DNA from: Clostridia bacterium
Lineage (GTDB): Bacteria > Bacillota > Clostridia > UMGS1883
Direction of reading: 5' to 3'
Length of the DNA stretch: 50,633 nt
Assembly: GCA_045596985.1 (NCBI GenBank)
Contig: JAZODM010000022.1
Location: 1 to 50,633 of the forward strand
Shown here: piece after piece, positions 17,060 to 26,768 of the stretch
Position numbering within the stretch: position 1 is the stretch's first letter
Layout of the letters: each line of letters begins with the position of its first letter
Notes under the pieces: generated by a model
Told to the model about the DNA's origin: nothing
The model's database searches: none
What the model saw: the letters and a program-made list of their open reading frames with translations, nothing else
Translations under genes and position numbers: made by a program

Positions 17060-17869
17060 ATGCGGCTTGCAATAGATGAAGTTATACAAAATTTTACTGT
17101 AACGCGTGAAAAGCGTGCAGGGGCGTACAATATGATAGATGCCCATTACCACGACCATTATGAAATATATTTTCTGGCAAAGGGCAGTGTACGTTACTTT
17201 ATCGGGGATAAGGTTTTTGACCTTAACGAAGGGGATGTTGTCTTAATTCCGCCCCATGTGATACATAAGACGGCTACCCTGAAAAATCAGGGCGCAGAAA
17301 GGGTAGTAATAGCGTTTACAAACGAGTTTATTCTGTATCCTGCAAGTGACAGACTTTTCTCTTGCTTTGATATATCATATTTTAAGGAGCCGCCCGTAAG
17401 GGAGCTTGTGGAAAAGGCAGAGAAGGAGTTTCTTCGTAATGACCGCTACTGTGAGGATTTGGTTGCGGGATATATCCGCGAAATCCTTGTAAAGCTTAAA
17501 CGCATAGCTGACGAAAATCGTCCCGAAGAGCTTTCGCCCAATAATTCCATTGTGCAAAAAGCTGTGCGATATATTTCAGAGAATTATGCATCGGAGCTGA
17601 CTCTCACACAGCTTGCGCGGAGCTTTGGTTTGAGTGAGAGCCATTTTTCGCGCCAGTTTAAGATGTTTACGGGGTTTGGTGTCAGCGAATATATTTCAAC
17701 TGTCCGTGTGAAAAGCGCTGAAAAAATGCTTGTTACAACAAATCTTCCTGTGACAGTGGTTGCACAAAACTGCGGTTTTAGCAGCAGCAGTTACTTCGCG
17801 GCAGTGTTTAAAAAGATAAGGGGGCTTTCCCCCGGGGAAGTACGCAGGAAAAGGAGGGAGCAGAAGTGA
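17060..17869 (+). CDS. AraC family transcriptional regulator (cupin + HTH), divergent from uxaBA
   Basis: HYHDHYEIY cupin; SHFSRQFK...CGFSSSSYF...FKK AraC HTH. Confidence 0.9.
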   Translation: MRLAIDEVIQNFTVTREKRAGAYNMIDAHYHDHYEIYFLAKGSVRYFIGDKVFDLNEGDVVLIPPHVIHKTATLKNQGAERVVIAFTNEFILYPASDRLFSCFDISYFKEPPVRELVEKAEKEFLRNDRYCEDLVAGYIREILVKLKRIADENRPEELSPNNSIVQKAVRYISENYASELTLTQLARSFGLSESHFSRQFKMFTGFGVSEYISTVRVKSAEKMLVTTNLPVTVVAQNCGFSSSSYFAAVFKKIRGLSPGEVRRKRREQK

Positions 17870-18561
17870 GATTCATAAAAAAGGTACTGAGCTTTATTTT
17901 TCTTGTGGTTTTTATAGTCACGGCAGTAATAATTGCGCTCGGCTACGGAAAGTATAAGCAGGCAATCGGTTTGCTCCCTATTAGCGAGGCTGCAGAAAAT
18001 ATCAAAAGCGATGATAGCTTTACACCGCTTGAGGAGATTTCCCCGACATTTAAAAATGCAATGGTAGCGGTGGAGGACAGACGCTTTTATAAGCATAAGG
18101 GAATTGATGTAATAGGCATCGGCAGAGCGATTAAAACAAATATCGAGAAACGCTCCCTTTCAGAAGGGGGGAGCTGCATTACACAGCAGCTTGCAAAAAA
18201 TATCTATTTTATGCACGACACCTCCATCAGCCGAAAAATAGCGGAGGTTATGATTGCAATAAAGCTTGAAAAGGAATTTTCCAAGGATGAAATTCTGGAG
18301 CTTTATTTTAATGTTATCTACTACGGCAGCGGCTATTACAATATTGCTGATGCTTCCAGAGGCTACTTTGGAAAAAAACCGTATGACCTCACAGATTACG
18401 AGGCAACACTCCTTGCAGGAATACCAAATGCACCGTCTGTATATTCGCTCGATAACAACCCTGACCTTGCAAAAAAGCGGCAGAGGACAGTTATAGACGC
18501 GATGATTGATATGAAATATATGACTAAAGAATGGGCGCAGGAGCTTATAGAGATGAACTAA
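17866..18561 (+). CDS. Monofunctional peptidoglycan transglycosylase (GT51)
   Basis: EDRRFYKHKG, GGSCITQQLAKN, RKIAE, KDEILELY, LAGIPNAPS. Confidence 0.9.
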   Translation: MRFIKKVLSFIFLVVFIVTAVIIALGYGKYKQAIGLLPISEAAENIKSDDSFTPLEEISPTFKNAMVAVEDRRFYKHKGIDVIGIGRAIKTNIEKRSLSEGGSCITQQLAKNIYFMHDTSISRKIAEVMIAIKLEKEFSKDEILELYFNVIYYGSGYYNIADASRGYFGKKPYDLTDYEATLLAGIPNAPSVYSLDNNPDLAKKRQRTVIDAMIDMKYMTKEWAQELIEMN

Positions 18562-18579
18562 GGTGCGAGGTGAGAATTT

Positions 18580-21045
18580 ATGGATAAATACAATATTACG
18601 GGAATGAGCTGTGCGGCGTGCAGCGCACGTGTGGAAAAGGCTGTATCGCAGCTTGCGGGTGTTACAAGCTGCAGTGTAAACTTACTGACAAATTCAATGA
18701 TAGTAGAGGGAGTAGCAGATGAAGACGCAATCATTGCGGCGGTAAACGAGGCAGGCTATGGAGCAAGTAAGGCAGGCGCAAAGCGCAGCGATGCACACAA
18801 AGAGGATTTGTCGGGTGCGTATGAGCTTAAAAAAATGAAGGCACGTCTTATTTCCTCGGTAATATTTTTGACGGTGCTGATGTATTTTTCAATGGGGCAG
18901 ATGCTTTTTGGATTTGAATACATCGGGATTTTCAGGGATAATATGATTGCCGTTGGAATTGCGCAGCTGCTCCTTACGGGCATTATAATGGTGATAAATC
19001 AGAAGTTTTTTATCAGTGCATATAAAAGCACGCTCCACCGTTCGCCCAATATGGATGTTTTAGTAAGTCTTGGCTCAGCGGCGTCATTTATATACAGTGT
19101 ATATGCACTTTTTATGATGACGGATGCGCATATGAAGGGCGATATGGCACTGTCACATTCATATATGCACGAGTTTTATTTTAAGTCGGCGGCAATGATA
19201 CTGACACTCATAACAGTTGGGAAAATGCTTGAAGCATATTCCAAGGGTAAGACTACCAATGCGATAAAGAGCCTGATGGATTTAGCACCGAAAACGGCAA
19301 CTGTCATACGCGACGAGAAAGAGATAGTAATTGCGGCAAGCGATGTTAAAGAGGGGGACATATTCCTTGTAACCCCGGGAAAGAGCATCCCTGCCGATGG
19401 CGTGGTTATCGAGGGCAGAAGCAGTGTGAATGAATCGGCACTGACAGGCGAAAGTCTGCCCGTTGATAAGGAAGAGGGGGACAAGGTCTGCGCAGCGACA
19501 ATAAATGAGTCGGGATTTTTAAAGTGCCGTGCGACGAATGTAGGCAGCGACACAGCACTGTCAAAGATTATACAGATGGTCAGCGATGCTGCAGCGACAA
19601 AAGCGCCGATAGCAAAAATAGCCGATAAGGTATCGGGCATTTTTGTACCGATAGTTATAGGAATTTCGTTTGTTGCAATAGTTATCTGGCTATTGTGCGG
19701 AGAAAGCTTCGGCTTTACACTTGCAAGGGGAATAAGTGTGCTTGTAATAAGCTGCCCGTGTGCGCTTGGTCTTGCAACACCGGTGGCGATTATGGTCGGT
19801 AGCGGTGTAGGTGCAAAAAACGGGATACTTTTTAAAACGTCATCAGCGTTAGAGACGGCAGGAAAGGTGAAAATTATCGCCCTCGATAAAACGGGAACAG
19901 TAACAAAAGGGGAGCCGCACGTAACAGATATTATCACAATGGAGGGCATAAACAGGGAAGAGCTTTTAATCCTTGCATATTCTCTGGAAAAGCAAAGTGA
20001 GCATCCGCTTGCAAAAGCTATTGTTAAAAAATGCAGTGAAGAAAACATTGAGCTGATTAATGCGGGAGGCTTTGCGTCACTTGCAGGAAGCGGTGTGCGC
20101 GCAGTAATTAACGGTGAAACCGTATTGGGCGGAAATCTTCGCCTGATGAATGAAAATATAGGGGCAAGCGAGGAGCTTTCGCTGAAAGTTCAAAAGCTTT
20201 CAGAAGAAGGAAATACCCCACTTATTTTTGCAAAAGGCACAACCATTATGGGAATAATTGCCGTTGCAGACGTAATCAAGGAGGACAGTAGAGAGGCGAT
20301 AGGCGAGCTTAAAAAGCTTGGAATACGCACTGTTATGCTTACGGGTGACAATAAAAAAACTGCCGCAGCGATAGCCACGCAGGTCGGTATTGATGAAGTT
20401 ATTTCAGATGTGCTTCCAGACGGGAAGGAAAAGGTGATACGTACATTGCAGCAAAGCGGCATTACGGCAATGGTGGGCGATGGAATTAATGATGCGCCAG
20501 CCCTTACAAGGGCAGATATCGGTATTGCAATCGGTGCAGGTACTGATATTGCCGTTGAATCTGCAGACATTGTTTTAACGAAAAGCTCGCTTTCAGATGT
20601 GGTAAACGCAGTGCGTCTTAGTCGTGCAACAATAAAAAATATAAAGGAAAACCTTTTCTGGGCATTCTTTTACAATGTTATAGGTATTCCGCTGGCGGCA
20701 GGATTATGGATACCCATTACGGGGTGGAAGCTTAATCCGATGTTCGGTGCGGCTGCAATGAGCCTTTCAAGCGTTTGTGTAATAGCAAATGCACTCAGGT
20801 TGAATTTATTTAAAACTCAAAAGAAAATAAAGGAGAAAAAGAAAATGGAAACTACACTTAAAATCGAAGGTATGATGTGCCCCCATTGTGAGGCAAGGGT
20901 CAAGACTGTTCTTGAAGAAACAGACGGCGTTACAGAGGCGATTGTAAGCCACGAAAAGGGAGAGGCAATCGTAAAGAGTGACAAGGAAATCCCCTTTGAC
21001 ACATTAAAAGGTATCGTAGAAGCACAAGGTTATAAGGTGTTGTGA
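18580..21045 (+). CDS. copA: Copper-translocating P1B-1 ATPase
   Basis: N-terminal GMSCAAC, TGES, CPCALGLATP, DKTGT, HP, MVGDGINDAP, YN and MxxSS TM motifs, C-terminal GMMCPHC HMA domain. Confidence 0.92.
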   Translation: MDKYNITGMSCAACSARVEKAVSQLAGVTSCSVNLLTNSMIVEGVADEDAIIAAVNEAGYGASKAGAKRSDAHKEDLSGAYELKKMKARLISSVIFLTVLMYFSMGQMLFGFEYIGIFRDNMIAVGIAQLLLTGIIMVINQKFFISAYKSTLHRSPNMDVLVSLGSAASFIYSVYALFMMTDAHMKGDMALSHSYMHEFYFKSAAMILTLITVGKMLEAYSKGKTTNAIKSLMDLAPKTATVIRDEKEIVIAASDVKEGDIFLVTPGKSIPADGVVIEGRSSVNESALTGESLPVDKEEGDKVCAATINESGFLKCRATNVGSDTALSKIIQMVSDAAATKAPIAKIADKVSGIFVPIVIGISFVAIVIWLLCGESFGFTLARGISVLVISCPCALGLATPVAIMVGSGVGAKNGILFKTSSALETAGKVKIIALDKTGTVTKGEPHVTDIITMEGINREELLILAYSLEKQSEHPLAKAIVKKCSEENIELINAGGFASLAGSGVRAVINGETVLGGNLRLMNENIGASEELSLKVQKLSEEGNTPLIFAKGTTIMGIIAVADVIKEDSREAIGELKKLGIRTVMLTGDNKKTAAAIATQVGIDEVISDVLPDGKEKVIRTLQQSGITAMVGDGINDAPALTRADIGIAIGAGTDIAVESADIVLTKSSLSDVVNAVRLSRATIKNIKENLFWAFFYNVIGIPLAAGLWIPITGWKLNPMFGAAAMSLSSVCVIANALRLNLFKTQKKIKEKKKMETTLKIEGMMCPHCEARVKTVLEETDGVTEAIVSHEKGEAIVKSDKEIPFDTLKGIVEAQGYKVL

Positions 21046-21090
21046 TTGAGAATTTTGACACTGTATATATCAGTGCAAAAATATAAATAT

Positions 21091-21127
21091 ACGGGTGTAA
21101 AAAAGTTGCTTTTTTACACCCGTTTTT
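21091..21127. terminator. Terminator between convergent copA and ynbB-like genes
   Basis: ACGGGTGTAAAAAAG-TTG-CTTTTTTACACCCGT-TTTT. Confidence 0.8.
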
Positions 21128-21168
21128 CTATATTATAATTATCGTCTTTTTGCGGTCTGTGCATTTTA

Positions 21169-22407
21169 TCACAGCCCTATTAATTCGCTTGCGGCATTCA
21201 TTATAGCCAGCCTTGCGCTTTCATACGTTATACCGCCCTGCATAAAGCCAACATACGGCTCTTTTATGGGGGCATCGGCGCTAAGCTCGATGCTTGCACC
21301 TGAAACAAATGTGCCTGCCGCCATTATAACCTGATGCTGATAGCCGGGCATATCCCACGGCATAGGAAGTGCAAAGCTGTCAACGGGAGAGGCTTTTTGT
21401 ATACCCTGAATAAATTTGATTAGCTTTTCCTTATCGTTAAACTTTATTGCCTGAATTATATCGTAGTGCTTCTGCACAGGGAGGGGATTTACCTCAAACC
21501 CTAATTTCTGCATAAGACCACCGCAGAAAATCGCACTTTTTATTGCCTGTGCAACAATATGGGGAGCCATAAAAAGTCCCTGATACATATATCTGTTCTG
21601 ACCGAGTGTAGCACCGCATTCTTTGCCAATCCCCGGTGCGGTCTGACGGTATGCGGCAAGCTCCACATACTCCTTTTTACCTGCTATGTAACCGCCCGAT
21701 TGTGCAAGTGAGCCGCCGATGTTTTTTATAAGTGAGCCAACAACAAGGTCTGCACCGTGCTGCGTAGGCTCTGTCTTTTCAGCAAATTCGCCGTAGCAGT
21801 TATCCACGATACAGCAAACGTCACTGCGGATGGATTTTATAAACGAAATCGCCTCGCCAAGCTTTTCACAGCTTAATGTGTCACGCCAGTCATAGCCTTT
21901 TGAACGCTGAAGAATAACTGCCTTAACATCAGGAGTTAAAGCCTCCTTTATACCGTCAAAATCAACATTTCCGTCAATTAAATCAACCTGTTTGTAGGAA
22001 ATACCGAAATCCTTAAGACTTCCGCCACTATTTCCTGAAATACCTATAACCTCTTCAAGAGTATCATACGGTTTTCCCGTTGCGGCAAGGAGAGTATCAC
22101 CCGGGCGCAGTACGGAAAAAAGAGAAATTGCAAGGCAATGTGTGCCGTTTACTATGTTGTGACGTACAAGCGCATCCTCCGCACCGAAAATGTCTGCGTA
22201 AATATTATCAAGCGTTTCTCTGCCTATATCTCCGTAGCCGTAACCCGTTGAAGGGTAAAGGCAGTTTTCAGCGACACGGTTTTTTATAAATGCATCAAGC
22301 ACCTTTTCCTGATTGAAGCGTGCGATTTCATCTATAGCGGAAAGCTGGGAAGAATACTCCTTTTCAACTTCTTCCCCAAGTGCTCTTATTTTTTCGTTAA
22401 TGTACAT
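21169..22407 (-). CDS. Methionine gamma-lyase family / aluminium resistance protein (YnbB-like)
   Basis: STGYGYGDIGR, GTH, GKPYDTL, QRSKGY, VDNCYGEF, GSLIKN.GG, VIMAAGTF, SIELSADAP. Confidence 0.88.
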   Translation of the reverse strand: MYINEKIRALGEEVEKEYSSQLSAIDEIARFNQEKVLDAFIKNRVAENCLYPSTGYGYGDIGRETLDNIYADIFGAEDALVRHNIVNGTHCLAISLFSVLRPGDTLLAATGKPYDTLEEVIGISGNSGGSLKDFGISYKQVDLIDGNVDFDGIKEALTPDVKAVILQRSKGYDWRDTLSCEKLGEAISFIKSIRSDVCCIVDNCYGEFAEKTEPTQHGADLVVGSLIKNIGGSLAQSGGYIAGKKEYVELAAYRQTAPGIGKECGATLGQNRYMYQGLFMAPHIVAQAIKSAIFCGGLMQKLGFEVNPLPVQKHYDIIQAIKFNDKEKLIKFIQGIQKASPVDSFALPMPWDMPGYQHQVIMAAGTFVSGASIELSADAPIKEPYVGFMQGGITYESARLAIMNAASELIGL

Positions 22408-22409
22408 AA

Positions 22410-22868
22410 TTACCCCCGTAGTTTTTTCCTTAGTTTATTAAGTCTGAAAAGTGTTCTGAAATAAAGCGGCCCTAAAATTGCCCACAAATAGAAGGGGAGA
22501 GAATTTGCACCGATATATTTGCCGCCGCGGTAAATTCCGCTGCAAACGGCAATGATGTTTTCATCCCGTATACCGTACTCATATTCAAACTGATGGTCAC
22601 CGCGCATAATATACGCACCGTCACGCGATTTCCCTACAACTCTGTGCAGCACAAACTGACCGTTTTCCCGTCTGTAAAAAGCAATGTCGTATTTTTTTAG
22701 CTTTTCGCAAACTGCCGTAAGCTCCACCTCGTCAATACCCTGACGAAGAGTGGGGAGCATACTTGTCCCGTGTGGCTTAAAGCGCACTTTGCCGCCGCTT
22801 TCAAGCTGCTCACAGATTATCGGATACATTTCGTCAAGCGAAACATTAATTTCCTGCAAAATAATCAA
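22410..22868 (-). CDS. S24/S26 family peptidase-like protein
   Basis: GTSMLPTL (catalytic Ser), DIAFYRR, VLHRV (His), MRGD; overlaps the pqqD-like gene. Confidence 0.8.
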   Translation of the reverse strand: MIILQEINVSLDEMYPIICEQLESGGKVRFKPHGTSMLPTLRQGIDEVELTAVCEKLKKYDIAFYRRENGQFVLHRVVGKSRDGAYIMRGDHQFEYEYGIRDENIIAVCSGIYRGGKYIGANSLPFYLWAILGPLYFRTLFRLNKLRKKLRG

Positions 22869-23128
22869 TCCTCCAATAGCTTGGCATCTTTGAGCTTTCC
22901 GATAAATACATCTATATCCTTTGATGCTTCCTCGGCACTTACATCATATTCCTTTAGCAGTGCTTCGAGCATTTCCTCCTTAGTTGCGCCTTTTGAAAGC
23001 AAATTCCAGAAGAATACACCCGTATCGTTAAGCGTAAGCATACCGTTAAAATCAAGCTGCGCCCCTACCGAAACAACTATATTTTTTCCAGCGACAGTGC
23101 GCAAAAGATAACCCTCACGTATTTTCAT
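22865..23128 (-). CDS. PqqD family protein (RiPP recognition element)
   Basis: 87 aa; LRTVAG.IVV, LNDTGVFFWNLL, LLKEYDVS.EEA.KDI..FI.KL....LL PqqD-fold pattern. Confidence 0.88.
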   Translation of the reverse strand: MKIREGYLLRTVAGKNIVVSVGAQLDFNGMLTLNDTGVFFWNLLSKGATKEEMLEALLKEYDVSAEEASKDIDVFIGKLKDAKLLED

Positions 23129-23157
23129 ATATTATAATTCCTTTCTTAAATGAATTA

Positions 23158-23183
23158 CGGCAGGAGCAAGCCCCTGCCCTACA
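23158..23183 (-). repeat. GTAG-type REP-like hairpin, copy A
   Basis: Minus strand TGTAG-GGCAGGGGC-TT-GCTCCTGCC-G; related copy at 28131-28156. Confidence 0.7.
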
Positions 23184-23187
23184 GATT

Positions 23188-23216
23188 ACTATAACATATC
23201 AGGCTATTAAAAGCAA
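23188..23216 (-). promoter_or_regulatory. sigma-A promoter of the pqqD-peptidase-ynbB unit
   Basis: Minus strand TTGCTT-N17-TATAGT with TGn extension. Confidence 0.5.
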
Positions 23217-23320
23217 CTGATTTTAACATATAAATTTTGATTAAAATATCTTTACATTGACGGAGAAATATGATAGTATAACATAGATTAGGTATATATT
23301 AGAAAAAAGGAACAGGTATA

Positions 23321-24322
23321 ATGAGACAGGAAAGAGTAAGTTTTCATATTATATGGAAAATATTAGTGGCACTTTTGCCTATATTATTCGGTATGCCCAC
23401 AGTGGCAATGGTTATATGCGCATATAATATTGCAATGACAATTTTATGCATAGGTCCTGTAACGGCACTAGTTGCATCACTGTGTGCTATTTGCATATCA
23501 ATGTTTTTTTGCGGCACATACGGGGAAACGGCAAAATTGCAGGGGCTTTTTATAGGGCTTGAGGCGGCGATGTGCGGAATTGTGTGTGCATATGCAATTA
23601 TAAAGAAAAAAGGATTTTATAACGGTGTATTGCTTGCAGGCGGTGCGTTTTTGCTCCTTAGCTTTACGGAGCTTTATAACGTTGCCGCAAAGGCAGGAAT
23701 GAGTGTGGCGCAGTATCTTACGGGAGTGCCGATGGAGCTTTTCAGAATGCAGATAGCGTCTTTTACTGAGGGCGGTGTAAATATTCCTGTAGAAACTATA
23801 GAAACATTAATTGACGCAATTGAACGCGTTGTCGTTATGATCGTGCCGTCAATTCTTGTAATATCCTCCCTTGCGATAGGGTATGGTGTAATGTGGCTTG
23901 TAACTGCGCAGATGAGAAGGCTGCCCGTTGGAATTACACATTCCTTTGCAAAGGTGCGTCTTCCCAGAACGGCTGTTATTATTATGGTACTTTCATTTGC
24001 ACTCTTTTTTATGAGCCCGCAGGGAAAGCTTTCCTATATTTTCCTTAATGCGTTGATGGTGCTTGGTGCGGTAAGCTTTTTTGCAGGAATGTCGTTTGTT
24101 GACTTTTATCTGCGCCGCACTCTGAAAAGTACACCGATAAGAGCTATAATCCATATTTTTGTTTTCTTATTCGCTACTGTTTTTTCAGGCGTAAGTCCGT
24201 ATGTAAATTTATTTATCGTTTATATACTGCTCGCATCAGTTGATGCGTTCGCAAATTTCAGAAAAATCGGGAAAGAAGAGGAAGGGGGAGATCCCAGTGA
24301 AGCAGAAGAACGAGAAAATTGA
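23321..24322 (+). CDS. DUF2232/YybS-like membrane protein
   Basis: Multi-TM protein ending D.FANFRK; conserved position upstream of gdpP-rplI-dnaB. Confidence 0.75.
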   Translation: MRQERVSFHIIWKILVALLPILFGMPTVAMVICAYNIAMTILCIGPVTALVASLCAICISMFFCGTYGETAKLQGLFIGLEAAMCGIVCAYAIIKKKGFYNGVLLAGGAFLLLSFTELYNVAAKAGMSVAQYLTGVPMELFRMQIASFTEGGVNIPVETIETLIDAIERVVVMIVPSILVISSLAIGYGVMWLVTAQMRRLPVGITHSFAKVRLPRTAVIIMVLSFALFFMSPQGKLSYIFLNALMVLGAVSFFAGMSFVDFYLRRTLKSTPIRAIIHIFVFLFATVFSGVSPYVNLFIVYILLASVDAFANFRKIGKEEEGGDPSEAEEREN

Positions 24323-26273
24323 TTCTATGCCCCGTGCGGCAACCCCGTTTTTTGCTATCTTTATATTTATCTGTGCGATTTTTATGATAAAAACCCATAC
24401 AATTCTTTCGGTGGTTATCCTTATACTGTCGGCACTGATTATTCTGGAAAAAATAGTGTGGCATATGAGCCGTGTTAAGAAAATGAAGGAATATATAAGT
24501 GATGCGGCAAGCGATGATAACGAACTGCAGAATAACGAAGCCCTCTTTAAATCTATGAGTCCGATTGCGGGAATAAGGATAGACGGAACGGTTGCATGGT
24601 ACAACTCCGCTTTTAAAGAACTTTTTGCCCCGATTTCAGATAAAAAAATCAGTGAGATAATTCCCCAGATTAAAATTCGTGAAATTTATGATGATGGAGG
24701 TCGCACCCCCATAACAGTGAATGTAGGGGAGGAAATTTATACAGTGCGTTCAAGCGTAAAACGCAGAACTGCACCTGACCACGCTGCGATAATGCTCTAT
24801 ATGGAAAAGGTGACAGAGCTTGTCCGTGCACAAAAAGCCCTTGAGGAGGCATCGTGTGCAGTTGCGCAGATTATGGTGGATAACTTTGACGAGGTTGTCG
24901 GGGAGCTTGGTGATGAAGAACGCCTTGATGTTCTGACACTTCTTGACAAAAATATCATTGGCTGGGTGCAGGATGCCGGCGGTCTTGTTAAAAAGATTGA
25001 AAAAGACAAATATCTGTGCGTGTTTACAAAAAAACAGCTTGATGAGTTTACGGAAAAGAAATTTGAGATATTAAACAATGTAAAGACCTTTGACCCATCG
25101 GCAAAAACCCCGCCTACGGTCAGTATTGGTATAGGCATCGGAAGTTCCTCGCTCAGCAAGAATGACATTTCATCCAAAAAAGCACTTGAAATGGCACTGG
25201 GCAGGGGCGGTGACCAGGTGGTTATCCGAAATCAGGGTAAATTCAGCTACTTTGGCGGAAACTCCAAGGAAACCGAAAAACGTACAAAGGTAAAGGCGCG
25301 CGTTATGGCAAGCAATCTCAGAGAGCTTATGGAGGCATCTGACAATATCCTTATTATGGGGCATCGTAACAGTGATGCCGATGCAATAGGTGCGGCGATA
25401 GGTGTTGCGAGCATGGCAAGCCATATTAAAAAAGAGGCGAAGGTGCTTCTTATAACAAAGGATGATACGGTACAGCTTCTCCTTAAAAAGATTGAGGAAA
25501 ATCATTACCACGACGGTATGTTTATAGGAAAGCAGGGTCTGCGCGAATACATCACACCCAAGACGTTGCTTGTAATATGCGATACGCATATTCCAGAATA
25601 TACCGAAATGCCCGAGCTTATTGATATGATAAAGACAAAGGTTGTTATAGACCACCACAGAAGAAGTGAGAGCTTTATTGATGATGCGGATATTATTTAC
25701 CACGAGCCGTTTGCATCGTCAACGTGTGAAATGGTGGCAGAAATTATGCAGTATTTTGCGCATCATTATTCTGTTTCCACAGTTGATGCGGAGGCGCTCT
25801 ATTCAGGAATAGCGGTAGATACAAAGAACTTTACCTTCAAAACGGGTGTAAGAACGTTTGAGGCTGCCGCATATCTTAGGGCAGCAGGTGTTGACACAAT
25901 ACGCGTTAAAAAGCTTTTCAGGGATTCTATAGATAATTACAAGCTAAAAGCGCAAATCGTAACAGAGGCGCAGGTCTACAGTAACAATATCGCAATTTCG
26001 CTTTTTTCAGGAACTGTGCCCCACCTTGTCATTGCGGAGGCTGCCGATGAAATGCTTGAAATAACCGATATAAAGGCAGCATTTGTGGTAGCGCGCGGCG
26101 AAAACGGCAATGTCGTTATCAGCGGAAGGTCACTTGGCGAGGTTAATGTTCAGGTTGTTCTTGAAAAGCTCGGCGGAGGCGGTCATATGATGGTTGCAGG
26201 CGCGCAGATAGAGCAAAGCTCTGTTGCCGATGCAGGGGAGTTGCTGAAAAAGGCAATTGACGAAGTGATATAA
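24297..26273 (+). CDS. gdpP: c-di-AMP phosphodiesterase GdpP (PAS/degenerate GGDEF/DHH-DHHA1)
   Basis: Two N-terminal TMs, ALGRGGDQV, MGH..SD.DAIG, VIDHHRR, DTKNF, GGGGH; start GTG 24297. Confidence 0.9.
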   Translation: MKQKNEKIDSMPRAATPFFAIFIFICAIFMIKTHTILSVVILILSALIILEKIVWHMSRVKKMKEYISDAASDDNELQNNEALFKSMSPIAGIRIDGTVAWYNSAFKELFAPISDKKISEIIPQIKIREIYDDGGRTPITVNVGEEIYTVRSSVKRRTAPDHAAIMLYMEKVTELVRAQKALEEASCAVAQIMVDNFDEVVGELGDEERLDVLTLLDKNIIGWVQDAGGLVKKIEKDKYLCVFTKKQLDEFTEKKFEILNNVKTFDPSAKTPPTVSIGIGIGSSSLSKNDISSKKALEMALGRGGDQVVIRNQGKFSYFGGNSKETEKRTKVKARVMASNLRELMEASDNILIMGHRNSDADAIGAAIGVASMASHIKKEAKVLLITKDDTVQLLLKKIEENHYHDGMFIGKQGLREYITPKTLLVICDTHIPEYTEMPELIDMIKTKVVIDHHRRSESFIDDADIIYHEPFASSTCEMVAEIMQYFAHHYSVSTVDAEALYSGIAVDTKNFTFKTGVRTFEAAAYLRAAGVDTIRVKKLFRDSIDNYKLKAQIVTEAQVYSNNIAISLFSGTVPHLVIAEAADEMLEITDIKAAFVVARGENGNVVISGRSLGEVNVQVVLEKLGGGGHMMVAGAQIEQSSVADAGELLKKAIDEVI

Positions 26274-26286
26274 GGAGGATATAAAT

Positions 26287-26733
26287 ATGAAGGTTGTACT
26301 TTTGACAGATGTAAAAGGTCACGGCAAAAAGGGTGACGTGGTTGAGGCGAGCGACGGTTATGCAAGAAATTTCCTGCTTCCCAAAAAAATGGCGGAGATT
26401 GCAACGGCTGACGTGCTTAATAATATAAAAGGTAAGAATGAGGCTGCCGCTTTTCATAAGCAGCAGGAGATAGAGGCAGCAAAGGAAACTGCAAAAAGTC
26501 TTGAAGGTGCAAAAATCGTTCTTACGGGAAAAGCAGGCGATAACGGTAAGCTTTTCGGAAAAATTACAAATCAGAATGTTGCCGATGCAATCAAGTATCA
26601 GCTTCATCATGTGATTGATAAGAGAAAGGTTGTGCTTCCCGATGGTATTAAAACAATCGGCGAAACAACCGTGGAACTTAAAATTTACCCGGAAATTTCA
26701 GCTAAAATTACAGTTGTGGTAAATCCGCAGTAA
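26287..26733 (+). CDS. rplI: 50S ribosomal protein L9
   Basis: MKVVLLTDVKGHGKKG, DGYARNFLLP, GKLFG. Confidence 0.97.
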   Translation: MKVVLLTDVKGHGKKGDVVEASDGYARNFLLPKKMAEIATADVLNNIKGKNEAAAFHKQQEIEAAKETAKSLEGAKIVLTGKAGDNGKLFGKITNQNVADAIKYQLHHVIDKRKVVLPDGIKTIGETTVELKIYPEISAKITVVVNPQ

Positions 26734-26768
26734 TGTACGAAAAATAATTAAGAAAAACGGTGATATAA

